DNA from: Abditibacteriaceae bacterium | GTDB lineage: Bacteria; Armatimonadota; Abditibacteriia; Abditibacteriales; Abditibacteriaceae | Assembly: GCA_965277285.1 (NCBI GenBank) | Contig: OZ255721.1 | Span: forward strand, 128,001 to 192,000 | Direction of reading: 5' to 3' | Length of the DNA: 64,000 nt | Part shown: in pieces, positions 59,197-64,000 of the stretch | Layout of the letters: each line of letters begins with the position of its first letter | Position numbering within the stretch: position 1 is the stretch's first letter | The notes under the pieces: model-generated | What the model saw: the letters and a program-made list of their open reading frames with translations, nothing else | The model's database searches: none | Told to the model about the DNA's origin: nothing | Program-made: the position numbers and the translations under genes

Positions 59197-60540
59197 ATGA
59201 ACGAAGAACGTAAAGAAGAACTCCAGCCACCAAACAATCTTTCGCGCCGCCAATTTTTGCAGACGACGGGGCAAGGCTTGCTTGTCGTCGGAGTTGGCGC
59301 CGGAATCGGAACGGAAATGATGCGTGGCGCACAAGCACAAACTTATCCCGCGACCGCTTCATCGACTTCGCCTGCCGATATTGCGCTGTCGCAAAAACCG
59401 ATTGCTTTGCCGCCATTTACGGCGTCGACCGAAAGGCTACCAGCCAAAGCGCCTTTGCCCTTGCCGCCTCAGTCGCGTGTTGGTTTCGCGGTTGTCGGGC
59501 TGGGAAATCTGGCGCTGACGCAGATTTTGCCCGCTTTCGCGCAAAGCAAAAAAGCTCGATTAACGGCTCTCGTCAGCGGCGATACGAGCAAAGCGCGCGA
59601 AGTCGCCGTGCAATATGGCGTTCCAGAAAACGGACTTTACAATTATCAAAATTACGATCATTTGCGCGATAATCCCGATGTGCAAGTAATTTACATTGTG
59701 CTGCCCAATTCGATGCACGCTGAATACACGGTTCGCGGCGCGCAAGCGGGCAAACATATTTTGTGCGAAAAACCGATGGCGACTTCGCCTGGGGAAGCGC
59801 AGACAATGATCGACGCTTGCAAAAACGCCAATCGCAAATTGATGATCGCGTATCGCATTCAATACGAGCCGCACAATCGCCTGGCGCGAAAGTGGGTGCG
59901 CACGCAGCAATATGGCGCGGTAAAACTGATCGAATCGGTCAACGGGCAAAATCAGGGCGATCCGAATCAGTGGCGCCAGAAAAAGTCGCTCGCGGGCGGC
60001 GGTTCCTTGCCGGATGTCGGTTTATATTGCCTGAACACGATTCGCGCTTTGACGGGCGAGGAACCGAACGAAATTTTCGCTTCGATTTACAGCACGCCGA
60101 ACGATCCACGTTTCCGCGAAGTCGAGGAAAGTGTGACTTGGCAGATGCGCTTTCCGTCGGGACTTTTGGCCAATTGCGCCACGAGTTACGGCTTCCACGA
60201 AGATCGTCGCTATCGCGTTCACGCCGAGCGCGGCTGGTTCGGGCTGGATCCTGCGTTTTCCTACAGCGGCTTGCAAATGCAATTGTCGTATGCGCAGGAC
60301 GACATCGAGTTTCGCCAGACGCCGCAAATCGAAGAGAAAAACCAGTTCGCGCTCGAACTCGATCACATGGCCGATTGCGTGATAAATAACCGACAGCCGC
60401 ACACGCCCGGCGAAGAAGGCTTGCAAGACCAGAAGCTGATGGCCGCGATTTATGAATCGGCGCGTAATAATCGCCCCGTCAAATTGCCGACGCTCGACGG
60501 GCGGGATTTATTCCGTGGCCCGCAACCGAGTGAAATGTGA
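59197..60540 (+). CDS. Tat-exported Gfo/Idh/MocA oxidoreductase (glucose-fructose oxidoreductase-like)
   Basis: SRRQFLQ; VVGLGNLA, YIVLPNSMHAEY, HILCEKPMA, GGGSLPDVGLY. Confidence 0.9.
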   Translation: MNEERKEELQPPNNLSRRQFLQTTGQGLLVVGVGAGIGTEMMRGAQAQTYPATASSTSPADIALSQKPIALPPFTASTERLPAKAPLPLPPQSRVGFAVVGLGNLALTQILPAFAQSKKARLTALVSGDTSKAREVAVQYGVPENGLYNYQNYDHLRDNPDVQVIYIVLPNSMHAEYTVRGAQAGKHILCEKPMATSPGEAQTMIDACKNANRKLMIAYRIQYEPHNRLARKWVRTQQYGAVKLIESVNGQNQGDPNQWRQKKSLAGGGSLPDVGLYCLNTIRALTGEEPNEIFASIYSTPNDPRFREVEESVTWQMRFPSGLLANCATSYGFHEDRRYRVHAERGWFGLDPAFSYSGLQMQLSYAQDDIEFRQTPQIEEKNQFALELDHMADCVINNRQPHTPGEEGLQDQKLMAAIYESARNNRPVKLPTLDGRDLFRGPQPSEM

Positions 60541-60552
60541 CACGACAACAGC

Positions 60553-60588
60553 AAAGCGGCGCTATCGAGTACTCGATAGCGCCGCTTT
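60553..60588. terminator. Perfect 36-bp palindrome centred on TCGAGTACTCGA, terminator-like
   Basis: AAAGCGGCGCTATCGAGT|ACTCGATAGCGCCGCTTT followed by TGGTTTTT, 12 nt after a stop codon. Confidence 0.7.
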
Positions 60589-60640
60589 TGGTTTTTAGCT
60601 GCAAAGAAATTTGTGCTTCAAAGTTTATCCCCTCAGCAGA

Positions 60641-60982
60641 CTACAAGGTTTTGGAATAGCGATAAATTTGAAAGGCTGGAATGAGCACCAGCAAGACGGG
60701 AAGAACGGCAACAATTGCGGTCAGCGTTTGGTGGCTGTGCAAAGGCAGGAAAAACGTCGCCAGGCCGAACGCCATCATCACGCCTGCCCACAGCATCATT
60801 TGCTTGGCGCCGTAGCGATTCATCTTGAACCAGTTTTCGTCCGACTCGAACGACTTGGCCAGACGAATGCCATAAAGCGCGTTCGGCTTGATTTGTCCTT
60901 TGAGCAAGGGCAAACAGACGGCGATAATGAGCGCACCGGATAATATCAGCGCCAGCCCAATAGTCAGGTTTTCGCTTGGCAT
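60641..60982 (-). CDS. SdpI-family membrane protein
   Basis: IKPNALYGIRLAKSFESDENWFKMNRY; three TM segments; AGGAG RBS. Confidence 0.8.
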   Translation of the reverse strand: MPSENLTIGLALILSGALIIAVCLPLLKGQIKPNALYGIRLAKSFESDENWFKMNRYGAKQMMLWAGVMMAFGLATFFLPLHSHQTLTAIVAVLPVLLVLIPAFQIYRYSKTL

Positions 60983-61104
60983 TATAAGTCTCCTGAAACA
61001 ACAATGTCGCAATTATCGCGCGTCTTCAAACGGTACGCAACCAACGACGCCACTAAATAACCCGCACCACTGGTTATTTAGCGAAAAGCGCTTCATGGAT
61101 GTTG

Positions 61105-62190
61105 TCAATTCGTCTGAAACGCACGCGATTTGATGACGGCGACGGAGGCTTTGGGCGCGCCATTGACATCGTAAATGCCTTCCCATCCTTCGATGGCATT
61201 CGCTTTTTGATAGGCCGCGTAGTCGTTCAATGTCCAGAAAAACATCGGGCCAAGACGAATTCCGTGTTTGGTCAAGCGATCAAAGGCCTCGAAATAGTGC
61301 TGGTAAATGACACCCGATTGCTGTGGCGTGACGGCTCCAAAAGGGCCGCCCGTGGGCACGCCAAACTCCGTGAACCAGAACGGTTTTTTCCTGACACCAT
61401 GTTTTATGAGCAGCTTCTGCATGGTGGTCGCTTGCAAGATCGCGTTCCATTGATAAGGTGCCGTCAGCGGGTCTTTGGCTGCTGGATCATTGGCGAACAC
61501 ATAAGGATGAAGTCCGACGCCATCAAACTTCCGCGCGAACTGCGGCACGCTTTCTAAAGCTTCTTGCAGAAAATGCTCGGGCGAGTTCGCATTCAGAGAA
61601 CCTTCGGAAAGTGGGCAAAAGCCGCCGGTAATCACGGGAATCTTCGGGTTCGCCGCTTTGACGGCCTGATAAGACGCGACCACCAGGTTTGCCCACGCCT
61701 TCGCGTCGGGCTGAGGCAGCCAGAAACCGCCGTTCGGTTCGTTCCATATCTCGACGGCGTCGGCTCCATGATGCACCAACTCCGCTGCGTAGTGGGCAAA
61801 TCGGTCATAAAACTTAGGCAACGGTGGCGTATTTAAACCGCTCTGAGCATCGTAGGGGCCGTGACCTCCGTTCGCCCACGCCGGACTGCCCTGTGCCACA
61901 ACCAGAACCTTGAGATGTTGAGCCTTCGCACGCGCGATCCATTGGTCGAACTCTGTCCAACCCATTTTGCCGTCCGATTGCTCTATCCACGCCCAACTGT
62001 ACATGATGCGAACCCAGCCCAATCCCAAAGCCTTGACGTCCTGAGCTGTCTTGTCGTCTCGCAAGTCGGTAAAGACGCCCAACGTCTCGCCTTTGGTGCT
62101 CGCGCTCGATGTCATAGGTCGCAGCATCGTGCCGATTATCACAACCGCAAAAACCACATTCAATGGAAGACGTTTCGCTTTTATAGTCAT
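61105..62190 (-). CDS. Secreted clan GH-A glycoside hydrolase (GH5/GH39-like)
   Basis: GLGWVR, EIWNEPN, DGVGLHPY, WFTEFG. Confidence 0.85.
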   Translation of the reverse strand: MTIKAKRLPLNVVFAVVIIGTMLRPMTSSASTKGETLGVFTDLRDDKTAQDVKALGLGWVRIMYSWAWIEQSDGKMGWTEFDQWIARAKAQHLKVLVVAQGSPAWANGGHGPYDAQSGLNTPPLPKFYDRFAHYAAELVHHGADAVEIWNEPNGGFWLPQPDAKAWANLVVASYQAVKAANPKIPVITGGFCPLSEGSLNANSPEHFLQEALESVPQFARKFDGVGLHPYVFANDPAAKDPLTAPYQWNAILQATTMQKLLIKHGVRKKPFWFTEFGVPTGGPFGAVTPQQSGVIYQHYFEAFDRLTKHGIRLGPMFFWTLNDYAAYQKANAIEGWEGIYDVNGAPKASVAVIKSRAFQTN

Positions 62191-62328
62191 TTTCTATTCC
62201 AACCCTTGATGATCGCGCGGCGTTGATGTGCCGTCAGAAAAATGGTGAAGCGAAGTCGTTACTGTGAAACGAAATGAAGTGTAAGGAATCGGGTGCAACA
62301 TTTTGATAACATTGCGCTGAAATTGTGC

Positions 62329-62790
62329 TCAAGGGTTATTTGCTTGCTGCTGAGATGGAGTTTTGAACAAAGAAATCATCATTGCGACCAAGGCCACGAG
62401 GGTTAATATGGCGCCGAAACCGATGCTGCCTTTACCGGCGAGAATGAGCATCAGCAAGCCGATATGGAAAATGCCATAGGCCAGGAGCGCAACACAGATA
62501 TTGCGATTGACGTTGCCCAAACCTGCGAAGCGAATGTATCCCAAAGCCGCAGCGCCCAGAGCAGTTATCACAACCAACCAGTTGGGTAACGACATTCCGG
62601 CCAATGTCAGATCGCCTTGCCATCCGCTCATCGTAATCAGCAAAGGCATTCCCATAAACGGATTTAATCCACCAAAAGGGCTGCCGCTGAAAGTTGTGTT
62701 GGTCGCTTGGAAAGTGCCCCACGGTATAAAGGAGGCGACCACCACGACAAAAGCCCAACTGAGTAGCGCGACAGGGAAGGTTCGTTTCAT
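62329..62790 (-). CDS. Small membrane protein
   Basis: Four hydrophobic segments; SFIPW motif. Confidence 0.7.
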   Translation of the reverse strand: MKRTFPVALLSWAFVVVVASFIPWGTFQATNTTFSGSPFGGLNPFMGMPLLITMSGWQGDLTLAGMSLPNWLVVITALGAAALGYIRFAGLGNVNRNICVALLAYGIFHIGLLMLILAGKGSIGFGAILTLVALVAMMISLFKTPSQQQANNP

Positions 62791-62877
62791 GGGAACTTAT
62801 AATAACATGTTGAACGGCGCGCCGATGCGACTTTTATGCGCTTTATGCCAAGTCGTTACGACATCTTTGGCGCCTTT

Positions 62878-62909
62878 AAGCCCATCATCGAGTACTCGAT
62901 GATGGGCTT
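62878..62909. terminator. Perfect 32-bp palindrome centred on TCGAGTACTCGA
   Basis: AAGCCCATCATCGAGT|ACTCGATGATGGGCTT just downstream of the 62921 stop. Confidence 0.6.
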
Positions 62910-62920
62910 CAGGTTTGTGC

Positions 62921-64000
62921 TTATTGTTTCATAGCGGCGACGGCGCGGCTGATGGTTTCGTAACCTTTGCCGCTGTTGACTTGCGTGACACCGTCCCAGC
63001 GCAGCGATAGTTCGATGTCGCGCGCCGGAGTTAAAGCAGCGGCGCGTTGCGCTTTCTCGAACTGATTGAACATCCGCAAGGCGTAATAGCAGTTGGCCAG
63101 GCGCGCGGCTCGGGATTTTCGCACGTTGGATTGGAAAGTTTCGGGCGATAGAACATCTTGCGCGCTTTGAGGAACTGTTTTCATCATTTCCGCCACGAGT
63201 TCGGCGCTTGAAGGTGTAGCGGGAGCGTTCTGCAGAAAGTGCGTCAGCGGCACGTAAAAGCGACGGCTTTCGGTCGCCCACCAGACGGGATTCAAAGTGC
63301 GCATTTCTTCCAAACGGTTGAACAATTTTAAGGACGCGGAACTGGCGCTGCGCTCCGGCTTGAAACGCCAAAGATAAGCGCCGCGACTTTGCGTCATCAA
63401 GTCATTGGCCAGAGATTGCTGCTGTATATCGAGTACTCGATCCTGCCGGACAGTGCGAAAATAAGGCGCTGGCGTGGGCTTGAGTTCATCGAGCGCAATC
63501 GCGGAGAACTTGGTGACGGTGCTGTAATTGCGAGCGATTTCTACGGTGACTTGTCGCGGGCCGCGCACCAGAAAACGCTTCCAGACGCCGCTGCGAAAAT
63601 CGTGGACGCGACCGCGCGCGAGTTCGGTTTCGCGGTTGAAATCGCTGACATCGTAAATCGACTGCGCGGGCGAATGTGGGCGAACCGAAATGCGATAATC
63701 GCGGCTGCGTGTCAGGCCGCTGTCGCCGTCGTTGTTGTAAGTGTAAACCGATAAGACGAACTGGCCAGACGGAACGTCGAGCGTCGTGTAAACATTCAAG
63801 TCTTGGCGGTTGTAATTCTTGACAGCGGCCACATCGTTGTCGGAAAAGTCGTTGTTCTCCGATTGGCGACGATTGACTTTCCACGTTGTATATTTGCGCA
63901 AAACACGGCTGTGCAAATAGATTTGCGGGATTTCCAACGAGTTCGCATTGTCGTTGTAAAGCTCCGATACGGAGTAGCGCAGCCACTCGTGCGGCGTGTT
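62921..64000 (-). CDS. Hypothetical protein, 5' end outside the window
   Basis: Frame is open from the window edge to the stop at 62921. Confidence 0.7.
   Translation of the reverse strand, partial: NTPHEWLRYSVSELYNDNANSLEIPQIYLHSRVLRKYTTWKVNRRQSENNDFSDNDVAAVKNYNRQDLNVYTTLDVPSGQFVLSVYTYNNDGDSGLTRSRDYRISVRPHSPAQSIYDVSDFNRETELARGRVHDFRSGVWKRFLVRGPRQVTVEIARNYSTVTKFSAIALDELKPTPAPYFRTVRQDRVLDIQQQSLANDLMTQSRGAYLWRFKPERSASSASLKLFNRLEEMRTLNPVWWATESRRFYVPLTHFLQNAPATPSSAELVAEMMKTVPQSAQDVLSPETFQSNVRKSRAARLANCYYALRMFNQFEKAQRAAALTPARDIELSLRWDGVTQVNSGKGYETISRAVAAMKQ

Larger units (their letters stand above)
136..63440. repeat. Dispersed highly iterated 12-bp palindrome TCGAGTACTCGA (consensus WTCGAGTACTCGAW)
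   Basis: Exact copies read by eye start at 136, 780, 1674, 2673, 3962, 5548, 5956, 8136, 9864, 11389, 11862, 12934, 13387, 14548, 17887, 19088, 20734, 21793, 23796, 24699, 27102, 29998, 30414, 31137, 31862, 33765, 36268, 37836, 38621, 39557, 40717, 41932, 43626, 44568, 45746, 48530, 54957, 55786, 57036, 57563, 59094, 60565, 62888, 63429. About 17 further copies have one mismatch. Confidence 0.97.

Noticed and set aside
136..63440. Palindrome copies as a CRISPR array, or as a cloning/adapter artefact (it contains a ScaI site)
   Set aside because: Copies are hundreds to thousands of bp apart and no cas genes are present. They sit in frame inside intact conserved genes and have natural-looking degenerate variants.
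136..63440. Identification of the motif as SlmA, parS, matS or LexA sites
   Set aside because: Only the central 8 bp match the SlmA consensus, the other consensuses do not match, and the density is far above that known for those systems.

Overview
Bacterial chromosomal window of moderately high GC. The DUF1559/H-X9-DG pilin-like protein, Tat-exported enzymes and long-insert S12 tentatively suggest an Armatimonadota/Abditibacteriota-like organism (inference only). Housekeeping genes include dgt, rpsL-rpsG, korAB-type 2-oxoacid:ferredoxin oxidoreductase, serA, surE and lipA. Other content: a vWA + Ser/Thr kinase/WD40 cluster interrupted by an IS5-family element, hicAB, a sulfonate/nitrate-type ABC transporter, several CAZymes, a large multi-PAS hybrid kinase and an LRV-repeat/AAA ATPase/vWA-peptidase module. 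Four unexplained signals stand out. (1) The 12-bp palindrome TCGAGTACTCGA occurs about 44 times exactly, plus about 17 one-mismatch copies (manual count). It is quasi-evenly spaced at about 1 kb, lies in genes in all three frames and at the centre of hairpins, and is absent from putatively foreign segments. (2) Four tRNA-like genes share an 8-bp acceptor stem and have bodies that do not match their anticodons. (3) An unannotated leaderless Cys-rich 18-aa ORF lies ahead of the sulfur-source ABC operon. (4) A 21-bp degenerate tandem array sits inside the ATPase/vWA operon. All counts and coordinates were made by eye.
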